Source: an uncultured Methanosarcinales archaeon (lineage in GTDB: Archaea; Nanobdellota; Nanobdellia; Woesearchaeales; GW2011-AR9). From it: a stretch of DNA of 64,000 nucleotides. Position 1 is the stretch's first letter; each line of letters begins with the position of its first letter. The stretch covers positions 33,548 to 97,547 of the forward strand of contig CAYWPT010000001.1 in the NCBI GenBank assembly GCA_964460605.1, written 5' to 3'. The notes under the pieces are model-generated. The model did no database searches. It had not been told where the DNA came from and worked only from the letters and a program-made list of their open reading frames with translations. The position numbers and the translations under genes were made by a program. Below, piece after piece: positions 50,159-58,987 of this stretch.

Positions 50159-50727
50159 TATATCTTCTCACTAATCTTTCTTGCAATGAAATCTTTCATT
50201 TCTATTAATCTGTTTTCTAAAGATTCTTCTAAAAAAATCTCTTTACTCTCTGCATGTACTGCTAAAATGTTTAGGTTAGCCTTCATTTTTCCCTTAAGAA
50301 AACCTTTTGGCATACCATTCCATACAGAAAATTTGAATTCTTTTTTCTCTAAAGACAAAGTCTTGATTTTTTCCTCTACATCTTTGTACAATTCTTTTAC
50401 AATAGCCACTTTTTTAGCTTGAGACAAAGAAACAATTTCGTCTTTTACTTGTAAAAGTACTTTGTTGTAGAGTAGATCTTTCTTTTGAGCAAGGTCAACT
50501 TTTAGTTGCGTGTTTACTTCAGCAATTTGTGCTGTCTTTTCCGCTTGAGCTTCCCTTTCCGCTTGAGAGAGAAGTTTTCGTGCTAGACCTTCTGCCTTTT
50601 GAGTTTCTTTTTGAATAATAGCCTCTCTTTCCTTTTCTGCATCTAGATACAAAATAGAAAGCTCACGCTGGTATTCTTGTACGATAAACTCTTCGAGTTC
50701 TTTCGACTTGTCAATTACTACCTTCAT
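50158..50727 (-). CDS. atpE: A-type ATP synthase subunit E
   Basis: 189-aa coiled-coil protein in the conserved operon position. Confidence 0.75.
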   Translation of the reverse strand: MKVVIDKSKELEEFIVQEYQRELSILYLDAEKEREAIIQKETQKAEGLARKLLSQAEREAQAEKTAQIAEVNTQLKVDLAQKKDLLYNKVLLQVKDEIVSLSQAKKVAIVKELYKDVEEKIKTLSLEKKEFKFSVWNGMPKGFLKGKMKANLNILAVHAESKEIFLEESLENRLIEMKDFIARKISEKI

Positions 50728-50730
50728 TAT

Positions 50731-50961
50731 CTATGCTCCGAAGACGAAGAGTAGTAAGATTGCGATTACGAATCCATAGATTGCCTGTGTTTCAGGTAAT
50801 GCTGCGAATACTAACATCTTTGCCAAAAGTTTTTCGTTCTCTGCGGTCGCTCCTGCTGCTGCGCTAGAAGCAATACCTTGTCCAATACCGGAACCGAGTG
50901 CTGCAAATCCAATCGCAATTCCTGCTCCGATAGCAATTAATCCTGTTGCTAATTCTACCAT
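50731..50961 (-). CDS. atpK: A-type ATP synthase proteolipid subunit K (single-hairpin c subunit)
   Basis: 76 aa, two TMs, Gly-rich helix 1, conserved carboxylate in helix 2 ('ALPETQAIYG'). Confidence 0.85.
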   Translation of the reverse strand: MVELATGLIAIGAGIAIGFAALGSGIGQGIASSAAAGATAENEKLLAKMLVFAALPETQAIYGFVIAILLLFVFGA

Positions 50962-52742
50962 TATTCTTTACCTCCATGTGTCTTTATTTTAAATGGTTTG
51001 AATGGGTGACCTTCTCCATCGTAGAAGAAGGAAAAAAATTCTACATAATGTAACCTAGCTGCGTGAATACTGCAACCCAAAATGTTCAATGCGAAATTGA
51101 AGGTGTGCCCAAAAATGATGATTAAAATGCTTAAAAGTAAACCTGGGATCCCAAAAGCTAATGTTTTTTCTGCCATTACATTAACCGCCAAAGCTACTCC
51201 ACTTGTCGCTAAAGAGAGTGCTAATAATCTTGCATAAGAGAACCAGGTGCCAAAATAGCCACTAATATCCATGATACCAAAAATTGATTTTTCTTTGAGT
51301 AAAATAAGCACCGCTAAAGTAACAGTAATAATTGAAACAAAAGTTTGTTCTAAATATATTGCAAGCACAGCTATTTGTACTAAAGGGAATGGTGCTACTT
51401 TAATGAAAACCTCTTCTAAACCCTTTTTATTAGCAAACATTTGATAGATATTTAATCCTACAGCTAAATTCAAATGAATGAGTCCGATAATTAAGCTTGC
51501 AATAAGGATGGTGAATGATGCACTGAAACTATCGGTGTAGAGTGCAGGGATCTGTACAAGGTTCCCAAAAAATGAGCCGAAAATGAATCCGAAGAACATT
51601 GAAGAGAGTGCTGACCAGAAAAATATTTTTCTTGCGATAGCTGATTCTTCTCCAAATTTATATTTAAGAAGTGCAACTAAAGCTAAAAGTGCAATCCCGT
51701 AACCCACATCACTGAGCATAATCCCGAAAAAGAATGGGAAGAAAAAAGAGATTAATAATGTTGGGTCCACTGCCCGATAACTTGGCATTGCAAACAATTT
51801 TGTAATCAATTCATAAGTTTTTGAATAAGAGTTGTTACTTAATTTCGTAGGAGCATTTTTTACTGAAGGCCTTGCAGTAATCATTAACTCTGGAAGAGCT
51901 TGTTTTACTTTCTTGATATCTTTACCTTCAATGTAGCCTTCTAAAGCAAAAAGATGTTTACTTTGTTTGAATAAACTTGAAACTTTGGCTTGCTCATAAT
52001 AATTTTCTAAAACTGCTGTAAAAAAAGCTAATTTGCTTTCCTTTCCATTTAACTTTTTGAATAGTTCTTTTTCTAATTCTTTTTGTTTCCTCTTTCCTTC
52101 ATTAAGTAAAAGTTTAAGTTTATTTTTCTCATAAATGCTTGATCCTAATACGAAAGAAACATCAATCATTTTGAGAGGACTTTCTTTAATGTATTTGAGA
52201 AATTTTTCCTCTTGCTTTTGAGCAATAGTGATAGCATAATAATGTGTTTTCTTTTTGAAAATGTGTCTGATATCTGCTGAAAAGTTGATATTAATATTTT
52301 TTTGACTTTTGAAAATGAATAATTTAAGCTTTTTTGATTGTGGAATCTTAAAGGAGAAAGGAATTTTGTTTAAGCTTAAAAGTTGGCCATGTTTTTCTTT
52401 AAGATAGGCTTCTAAATCTTTTTTCTCTTCAGTGATTGATTTTACCTTACTCAAATGTCTGTCAATAAAGTCTTGAGCTTGTGTTTTAACTTTCTCATAA
52501 TCTGGAAGACCTTCTAAGTGAAAATCCTTTTTGAGATTTCCTTGTTCCATTAAGAAATTTAAATGTAAAAGTAATTTAGAAATTTCATCGATTTCTGGGA
52601 GTACCGTATCATTAGTGAAAGGTTGCGGTAAATCTGCTTTTCTTAAGTGTAAAACACCTAAGTGCTGAAGCTGCGCAATAATATCTTTTTTGTCCTCTTT
52701 CTTACCAAGAATCCTTAGTACATGTAGTCGTTTTGTGAGCAT
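50961..52742 (-). CDS. atpI: A-type ATP synthase subunit I (stator a subunit)
   Basis: 593 aa, hydrophilic N-half plus polytopic C-half in the conserved operon position. Confidence 0.85.
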   Translation of the reverse strand: MLTKRLHVLRILGKKEDKKDIIAQLQHLGVLHLRKADLPQPFTNDTVLPEIDEISKLLLHLNFLMEQGNLKKDFHLEGLPDYEKVKTQAQDFIDRHLSKVKSITEEKKDLEAYLKEKHGQLLSLNKIPFSFKIPQSKKLKLFIFKSQKNININFSADIRHIFKKKTHYYAITIAQKQEEKFLKYIKESPLKMIDVSFVLGSSIYEKNKLKLLLNEGKRKQKELEKELFKKLNGKESKLAFFTAVLENYYEQAKVSSLFKQSKHLFALEGYIEGKDIKKVKQALPELMITARPSVKNAPTKLSNNSYSKTYELITKLFAMPSYRAVDPTLLISFFFPFFFGIMLSDVGYGIALLALVALLKYKFGEESAIARKIFFWSALSSMFFGFIFGSFFGNLVQIPALYTDSFSASFTILIASLIIGLIHLNLAVGLNIYQMFANKKGLEEVFIKVAPFPLVQIAVLAIYLEQTFVSIITVTLAVLILLKEKSIFGIMDISGYFGTWFSYARLLALSLATSGVALAVNVMAEKTLAFGIPGLLLSILIIIFGHTFNFALNILGCSIHAARLHYVEFFSFFYDGEGHPFKPFKIKTHGGKE

Positions 52743-52749
52743 TACCTGT

Positions 52750-53061
52750 TTACACCATGTTCTTTAATACTTCGGGGAAGATATCTTTGCTCACGGAGTT
52801 AACATCCACATTGTTTAACCATTGTTTTCTTAATTGAGCATCTTGTTCAAGCTCATTAATCCGATTCGCTGCCTCTTGAAGGAAAGCCTTTTTCTTGTTT
52901 TCAGCTTCCTTCTGCGCATCCTTTAGAATAGAATTGTATTCTTCTTCAGCCTCTGTTTTGGCTTTAATAACTATTTTTTCTGCCTTTTTTTGAGCAGATT
53001 TTAACCTTGTTTCCCATAATTCTTCTAAAGCTGCTAAAACTTCAATATTTCTCTCTTCCAT
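52750..53061 (-). CDS. atpH: A-type ATP synthase subunit H
   Basis: 103-aa charged helical protein in the first position of the operon. Confidence 0.6.
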   Translation of the reverse strand: MEERNIEVLAALEELWETRLKSAQKKAEKIVIKAKTEAEEEYNSILKDAQKEAENKKKAFLQEAANRINELEQDAQLRKQWLNNVDVNSVSKDIFPEVLKNMV

Positions 53062-53103
53062 TTACTCTGGGGTGATGTGTTCCCTTTAAAAAGTTAATGG
53101 ATT

Positions 53104-54660
53104 TCAAGGCTTTATTTTTCCGAAAATCTTGCGAGATTTCCAAAATCCTAGGATTTTTACGGCTGTCAGGGTTCCTGCGAAAAGTGCTCCTGCAACACCT
53201 GCTGTAAGAATGTCTTGTCCGCTGAGATAGAGATTTTTAATATGAGTTTGTGGTTTTAGGTTCTGATTGTTGAGTCTTTTGCTAGAATGTTGTAATCCAT
53301 AAATTTCTCCTTGATTATATTTTGAGAAATATTTTGTACTCAGTGGTGTTGAGAGCTCATAGTGTGTGATATTATCTTTTGTTTGAGGGTGATGTTTGTA
53401 GAGGGTTTCTAAAAGTCTTTGGCTTAATTGTTCTTTGAGGGCTTCATAGTCTTCTGGCCTGTGTTTCCATTCAGAATCTTCCCACTTTTTGAAAAATTGG
53501 TAATTGATAGGTACAATAATTTCTATAGTAGATTTGTTAGGGTATTGTATATCCCATTGTGGATCTTTTGTTGATGGGAATGAAATGTAAGTTACTGGGA
53601 ATGGTTGGGTTATGTCTTTTTGTGCTTTTTCGTAGAGTTCATCGAAGTTTTCGTTATCATATATCCATAAGTTGCTTTGTTTTAGGTTTAATTCTTCTTT
53701 TGATTTGTTTAAACCAATGTAAAGACACAAATGTGCTGGTGATGCTTCTAAGGTTTCTGTATTTGGTATAGGCGTTCTTATGAGTTTGTTTGTGTTATGT
53801 AGTCCTACTGTTGAGATAACTCTTTTTGCTTTGATTTTTTTATTTTCTAGTTGTATTCCAAATGCTTTGTTGTTTGAAACTAGTATTCTGTAGACTTGCG
53901 CTCTGGTAACTACTTGTCCACCGTGTTTTTCAATAGTCTTAGTAATTTGTCTTGCAATTTGTGATGCTCCACCAACCGGATAATATGCTCCTTCAAAATA
54001 ATGTGATGTGACCATGGAATGGATAGCTAGGTTTGATTTTTTTGGTGGGAGACCATAGTCACCCCATTGGCCTGTTAAAACCGCTATAAGGGTTTCATTT
54101 TTTGTTAATTTTTTGAGTGTTTCATAAGTGTTTAAGTTGTTGAAATACTTTGCATCTTTTGTAAGGTGCTTGTTTAGAAATTTAGGGAGGATTTTTGCTA
54201 AAAAATTATCTTTTCTTGTTGTCTGGGCTAATTCTAATAATTGAAAATATTTGTTTACTGCTTGTTCTTCTTGAGGGAAGTTTTTTTTGAGTTCTTGCTT
54301 AAGGTTTTCTTTTCCTTTGATGTATTTGTAATGTTTGTTGTTGATTATGATAGTGTCGTAGTTGTCTTCTAAAAGGTTCCATTTGATTTGCTTTTCTGAG
54401 ATGTAGTCAAACATTTTTCTAAAAGGTGAATCTTTTTGTAAGTTACCTAAATAGTGTAATCCTACATCCCATTCAAAACCTCTTCTTCTAAAAGTATGTG
54501 TGAATCCTCCTGCTGTGTGGTGTTGTTCTAATACGAGAACTTTTTGTTTGTGTTGTGCGAGAATGGATGCTACGGTAAGTCCGGAAATTCCAGAACCAAT
54601 GATGATAGCATCGTAGTGATCTTTTAATTCTGCTTTGTTTAATGGAGTTCCAATGAGCAT
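53104..54660 (-). CDS. FAD-dependent oxidoreductase of the phytoene-desaturase (CrtI/RetSat) family
   Basis: N-terminal 'DAIIIGSGISGLTVASILAQHKQKVLVLEQHHTAGG' dinucleotide-binding fold; 518 aa; CrtI-family length and layout. Confidence 0.65.
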   Translation of the reverse strand: MLIGTPLNKAELKDHYDAIIIGSGISGLTVASILAQHKQKVLVLEQHHTAGGFTHTFRRRGFEWDVGLHYLGNLQKDSPFRKMFDYISEKQIKWNLLEDNYDTIIINNKHYKYIKGKENLKQELKKNFPQEEQAVNKYFQLLELAQTTRKDNFLAKILPKFLNKHLTKDAKYFNNLNTYETLKKLTKNETLIAVLTGQWGDYGLPPKKSNLAIHSMVTSHYFEGAYYPVGGASQIARQITKTIEKHGGQVVTRAQVYRILVSNNKAFGIQLENKKIKAKRVISTVGLHNTNKLIRTPIPNTETLEASPAHLCLYIGLNKSKEELNLKQSNLWIYDNENFDELYEKAQKDITQPFPVTYISFPSTKDPQWDIQYPNKSTIEIIVPINYQFFKKWEDSEWKHRPEDYEALKEQLSQRLLETLYKHHPQTKDNITHYELSTPLSTKYFSKYNQGEIYGLQHSSKRLNNQNLKPQTHIKNLYLSGQDILTAGVAGALFAGTLTAVKILGFWKSRKIFGKIKP

Positions 54661-54743
54661 ATGTTTTTGTATTGATGGTAGTTAATAAGAATTTGCTGTT
54701 TTTAGTAGAAGTTTTTTTAAAATATATTTAGAATTGAGTTTAT

Positions 54744-55106
54744 ATGGATGATTTAAGAGAAATTGCACTGATGACTTCGAGAGAGTTTGCATCGTATCTA
54801 AGTGCTCATGAAACTAATAGAGTTGCCTTTTGTAGAGAACACCATCCAAAATTTGGAATAAGTCGATCAAGTTTACAAATTATTCTCAGAAATCTTGAAC
54901 AGGGACACGCATATACATATTTACCAAAGGGAAATGGCCAGAATGGTCCACGCCATAGTAGGAGCAGCCCAAAAGAGAGAAAAATAAGACTAAAAAGGTT
55001 AGCAGTCCTTTATGAAACTCTAGGGCTTGAAAGTGATAATGAGTTGGTAGAAAAAGTTGCTGAGCGTTGGCCAGAGTTTAATGATTATTATTCTCAAGCA
55101 AAGTAG
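54744..55106 (+). CDS. hypothetical protein
   Basis: ORF with no motif I recognise; convergent 29-nt overlap with the next gene. Confidence 0.3.
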   Translation: MDDLREIALMTSREFASYLSAHETNRVAFCREHHPKFGISRSSLQIILRNLEQGHAYTYLPKGNGQNGPRHSRSSPKERKIRLKRLAVLYETLGLESDNELVEKVAERWPEFNDYYSQAK

Positions 55107-57198
55107 CTTTTTTTATCTTCAAGTAAGCTGAATTGTTATCTTCTACAATTTCTGCTTCTTCTATTTTGATTTCTTTTTTGAATAATGGGCAGTTTAAGGT
55201 TAATGATTCGAACTCTCCCCCTTCTCCGGCGATGTTTACTCCTAGGTCTTTGTTGAGTTGTTCTAGTTTGTTTACGTCTTCTTGTGTGATGACTTTGTTG
55301 AGCCAATCTTTATTGAGTCCTTCTGCTGCAACTACTGTTAAAATAATTTTGTAATTGTTACTTAGTACTTCTTGCATATGTTGTAGCTGAGATTTATGCC
55401 ATAATGGTGAAAATACTTTGAGGTTGAGGGATTCTGCGATTGCTTCTATTCGATCTCTTTGGTATCTTGAGAAAAGAGCACCAGTAACAATACCACCAAT
55501 ATTGTAATGCTCTTTTGCTTTTTGGATTGCTTTTTTTAGGTCTTCGAGTTCTTCTTCTTTGTTTCCCATTGTTGTTTGAGTGATAATAGGAATATCCATA
55601 GCTTCTGCTTGTAAGTCAGTTAATTCAGTTCCTGCAGTTTGAAACATGTAAGAAAAAGGGTTTTTGCTTTTCATAGTAATAAGACATGCTAATTGGTAAT
55701 TTTGCTCTTTCATGATTTGTGCAGCTCGTGTTGAGTCTTTTCCAGAAGAGAAGAGTACTCCTAATTTGAGATTGTGTTTTGGATAGAAGGTTCTCAGGTA
55801 TGCTGATTTGCTTGAAAAGTCATTTTGTTTTGCTAACTTTTGGATTGCACTATCGAATCTTGATCCATATTGTGCAGCTTTCTTTTTTCTCCAAGCGAAT
55901 TCTTTGCTGATTCCTTTTTCTTCAGCAATTTCTCTTAGAATGACTTTTCCAAAATCTTCGTTGAGTTTGTATTGTTCTGGAATTTTTAAAGCGTATTCTA
56001 CTAGTTCTTTATCTAAGAAAGGTAATCTTAATTCTAAGTTATTATCCATGGTTAAGACATCATCTCGATATAAGTCTCTTTCATAGATTTTTCTCAAACC
56101 AGCTAAGCATTCTTCATTAATATGATTTGCTTGTCTGTGCCTTTGATAGCCTGCGAAAATTTCCTCACTGCCTAAGCCTGAGAAGATGACTTTGTTTCCG
56201 TCTTTTTTAGCTGCTTGAGCTGCTAGGTAGAAGGTTAATGCAACGCCAACTTTTACTACGTTACTATCTTCAATTAAAGGGACAATGTGTTTGAGGTATT
56301 GAGGTATTTCTTCTTGTTTTATCTTAATTATCTTATGATTAAGCTTGAGTTCCTCTGCAACTTTGATTGCTGGCGCGAGATCTGCTGGTTCAGCATGTTC
56401 AGTATCTAAAACTGCAGTATAAGCTGTGAAATCTACTCCTTTTTCTTTGAGAGTCTTAGCTATGAATGTAGAGTCAATGCCTCCACTGAAAAGAAGAGCC
56501 ACTTGTTTTTCAGGTATACGTTTTTGGATTGCAGAATCTAATAATTCTTTAGTTTTAAGCTTAATTTCTTCTTTTTCTTGACTGTGTTCTGGTTTTGTTG
56601 TGAAGAAACCTTGTTCCTCTTTTTTGAGGGTTTTAGCTTGAGTATCGTAGTATAAAATAGTTCTTGGGTTTAATTCTTGGATATCAAGGTAATTTAAAGA
56701 TTCTAAGACTTTAGCTTCTGAGCTGAAAGCGAAAGTGTCTTTGTTCCATGAGAAATGAAGGGGTTTAACGCCGATAAGATCCCTTGCTAAGGCTATTGTA
56801 TTTCCTTTCCAGTAAGCGAAAGCGTAAACACCATCAAGTTCGTTTAATTTGTTTGTGTAGAACTTGTCTAAGAATTTAAGCAAAAGTTCAGCATCGTTTG
56901 TTGCTTCTAGTTGGTATTTTTCGGCTAATTCCTTCCAATTATAGATCTCGCAATTGGCAACTAAAGTTCCTTCTCCTTTGAGTGGTTGCGGGCTGTTTCC
57001 TACCACTGCATGCAAGGTGTGTCCTAGGATTGTGTTTCCACTCAATGTGTGTAATTCATTTGAACTTTTAGCTGTGATTATTTCAGTTCCGTTGGTGAGT
57101 CCACAGGCATCTTTTCCTCTGTTTTGTAATAAAGCTAAAGCTTCTTTTACTTCTTGTTTAGCTTTCTCTTTTCCAACAATACCAATGATTCCACACAT
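55078..57198 (-). CDS. asnB: asparagine synthetase (glutamine-hydrolysing) fused to a C-terminal Dph6-like (DUF71, diphthine-ammonia-ligase-type) PP-loop domain
   Basis: N-terminal 'MCGIIG' Ntn glutaminase; AsnB PP-loop 'LFSGGIDSTF'; C-terminal ~230 aa with 'LFSSGKDSTRAAQ', 'LQAEAMDIPII', 'GIVTGALFSRYQRDRIEAIAESLNLKVFSPLW', 'EGGEFESLTLNCPLFKK' matching the Dph6/DUF71 family. Confidence 0.8.
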   Translation of the reverse strand: MCGIIGIVGKEKAKQEVKEALALLQNRGKDACGLTNGTEIITAKSSNELHTLSGNTILGHTLHAVVGNSPQPLKGEGTLVANCEIYNWKELAEKYQLEATNDAELLLKFLDKFYTNKLNELDGVYAFAYWKGNTIALARDLIGVKPLHFSWNKDTFAFSSEAKVLESLNYLDIQELNPRTILYYDTQAKTLKKEEQGFFTTKPEHSQEKEEIKLKTKELLDSAIQKRIPEKQVALLFSGGIDSTFIAKTLKEKGVDFTAYTAVLDTEHAEPADLAPAIKVAEELKLNHKIIKIKQEEIPQYLKHIVPLIEDSNVVKVGVALTFYLAAQAAKKDGNKVIFSGLGSEEIFAGYQRHRQANHINEECLAGLRKIYERDLYRDDVLTMDNNLELRLPFLDKELVEYALKIPEQYKLNEDFGKVILREIAEEKGISKEFAWRKKKAAQYGSRFDSAIQKLAKQNDFSSKSAYLRTFYPKHNLKLGVLFSSGKDSTRAAQIMKEQNYQLACLITMKSKNPFSYMFQTAGTELTDLQAEAMDIPIITQTTMGNKEEELEDLKKAIQKAKEHYNIGGIVTGALFSRYQRDRIEAIAESLNLKVFSPLWHKSQLQHMQEVLSNNYKIILTVVAAEGLNKDWLNKVITQEDVNKLEQLNKDLGVNIAGEGGEFESLTLNCPLFKKEIKIEEAEIVEDNNSAYLKIKKATLLENNNH

Positions 57199-57221
57199 AA
57201 GTATGTTTTAGAGAATGGGTT

Positions 57222-57737
57222 TTATAAAAGTTTAGATAGGAATAATTCCCTAATCAAAAAAAAGATTATACTACTGATCACTGCAATAAAAACACCAATT
57301 AAAATCTTCTCAATTAACTCCTCCCTCTTGTTCTTAAGAGACTTCTTTGAAATTGGTTTTCCTTTTGAAAGGTTAATTAACTCACTCCTATCAGTAAAAT
57401 CGAAGGCATTGAGTTTTATCAACCTAAAAAGAACTGCGTTTTTCTTTCTTCCAAATTTTTTTGCTAAAAAAGGTATTGTTTTTCTTTCTGAGAATAATTT
57501 TAAAAGAAGTTTTGAGTCACTTTCAGGCCATATCCTTCCATGATTAATCGTATCTTTCTCTTCAGGAAAACCTAAGAAACCGCTTTTTATCAGCCTATAA
57601 GTGATTGCATCAAGATTTCTGTCTAATTTTTTTGCTATATGCTCAATTGATTTCCCCCCTTCATAGAGTTTTTTAAGTTTTAATAAATCCTGTTTGGACC
57701 ATGGCCTTCCTAAATTTTCTCTATTAACAATCCTCAT
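57222..57737 (-). CDS. membrane-anchored protein with two Myb/SANT-like HTH repeats
   Basis: two repeats 'W(S/P)..D..LL.L......I..(I/L)AKK(L/F)(D/G)R...A(I/V)..RLIK'; C-terminal TM 'ILIGVFIAVISSIIFFLI'. Confidence 0.45.
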   Translation of the reverse strand: MRIVNRENLGRPWSKQDLLKLKKLYEGGKSIEHIAKKLDRNLDAITYRLIKSGFLGFPEEKDTINHGRIWPESDSKLLLKLFSERKTIPFLAKKFGRKKNAVLFRLIKLNAFDFTDRSELINLSKGKPISKKSLKNKREELIEKILIGVFIAVISSIIFFLIRELFLSKLL

Positions 57738-57740
57738 CTT

Positions 57741-58838
57741 CTAATCCAAATGAACCTCAAGAACATCCTCATCAGCCAGTTTATGCCCAAGCATCAATTT
57801 CTGTCCTGGATGCTTAGCTGATTTACCCCAGACTCGAGCATACTTGAATCTTTTAGGAAAATCTCTATGTAACTTATTACACACATCTTTAATAGAAGCA
57901 GGTTTAGGAATAATTAAAGGCTCTTTCATGTCAGCTTCTTTACGAGGTTCTTTCAAATAGATCCGCATGAAATTCATTTTATCAAAAATCATATCTTTCA
58001 ATTTTACAATATTGATATCTTCATGAGCTGAAATTGCAATATCAGCTTTTATCTTCTTAGTTACACGACGTAATTCAGCTTTTGATACTAAATCACACTT
58101 AGATAAACAAATAATAGCCGGTAGATACTTTTTATTTCCTTCAATACAATCAATAAAATCATCAACATCTATTTTACTACGAATCAAAACTTCAGCATTG
58201 TTAATACGAAATTCCTGCAAAACTCTTTTCAAAGTATCATCAGGCACATCTAATCGAACAGTTTTACCAATTAATAAGCCACCCTTACCTTTTTTCTTGA
58301 TAAACACTTCTGGCTTGCGCTTATTAATACGAATTCCAGAAATGCGAATCTCCTTAAGCAAAGCTTCATAATGTACAGGAGTTGTTACATCAACTACCAT
58401 TAATACTAAATCTGCATTTCTAATTACAGCTAATACTTCTTTCCCTCTACCTTTTCCTGTAGCTGCTCCTTCAACAATACCTGGAACATCTAAAATTTGA
58501 ATTTTAGCTAACTTATGGTTCAACATACCCGGAACAACAGAGAGAGTTGTAAAAGCATAAGCACCAACTTCTGATTCTGTACCAGCCAATTTATTCAATA
58601 AAGTACTTTTACCAGCTGATGGGAAACCTAATAACAAGACAGTACCATCACCAGATTTACGTACTGAATATCCGTGATCTGAAGAACCTGTTTTTTTAGA
58701 AGTACGTGTAGCTTCCTTTTCTCTAAGAATAGCGATCTTAGCTTTCACTAAACCAATGTGATGTTGGGTCGCCTTATTGTACTTAGTTTTCTTGATCTCG
58801 TCTTCGAGCTCTTTGATTCGCTCTTTGTTTGAAGCCAT
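57741..58838 (-). CDS. DRG/Obg-family GTPase with TGS domain
   Basis: G1 'GFPSAGKSTLLN', G3 'DVPGIVEGA', G4 'SKCD'; C-terminal TGS; the start is taken at the internal Met (MASNKERIKELEDEI) because the track start overlaps the upstream gene. Confidence 0.85.
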   Translation of the reverse strand: MASNKERIKELEDEIKKTKYNKATQHHIGLVKAKIAILREKEATRTSKKTGSSDHGYSVRKSGDGTVLLLGFPSAGKSTLLNKLAGTESEVGAYAFTTLSVVPGMLNHKLAKIQILDVPGIVEGAATGKGRGKEVLAVIRNADLVLMVVDVTTPVHYEALLKEIRISGIRINKRKPEVFIKKKGKGGLLIGKTVRLDVPDDTLKRVLQEFRINNAEVLIRSKIDVDDFIDCIEGNKKYLPAIICLSKCDLVSKAELRRVTKKIKADIAISAHEDINIVKLKDMIFDKMNFMRIYLKEPRKEADMKEPLIIPKPASIKDVCNKLHRDFPKRFKYARVWGKSAKHPGQKLMLGHKLADEDVLEVHLD

Positions 58839-58987
58839 AATATTTACCTGTAAATGTGGTGGGTTCCAGAAATCAAAGATTTCTGATAGCCATTTAGGTA
58901 TAAACACCCAATCCCTCTTAAAAAGCTTTAGGTTAATTATGTGATTGGTAAGATATATAAACAAGAAAACAATTATTCTAGGCGGAG

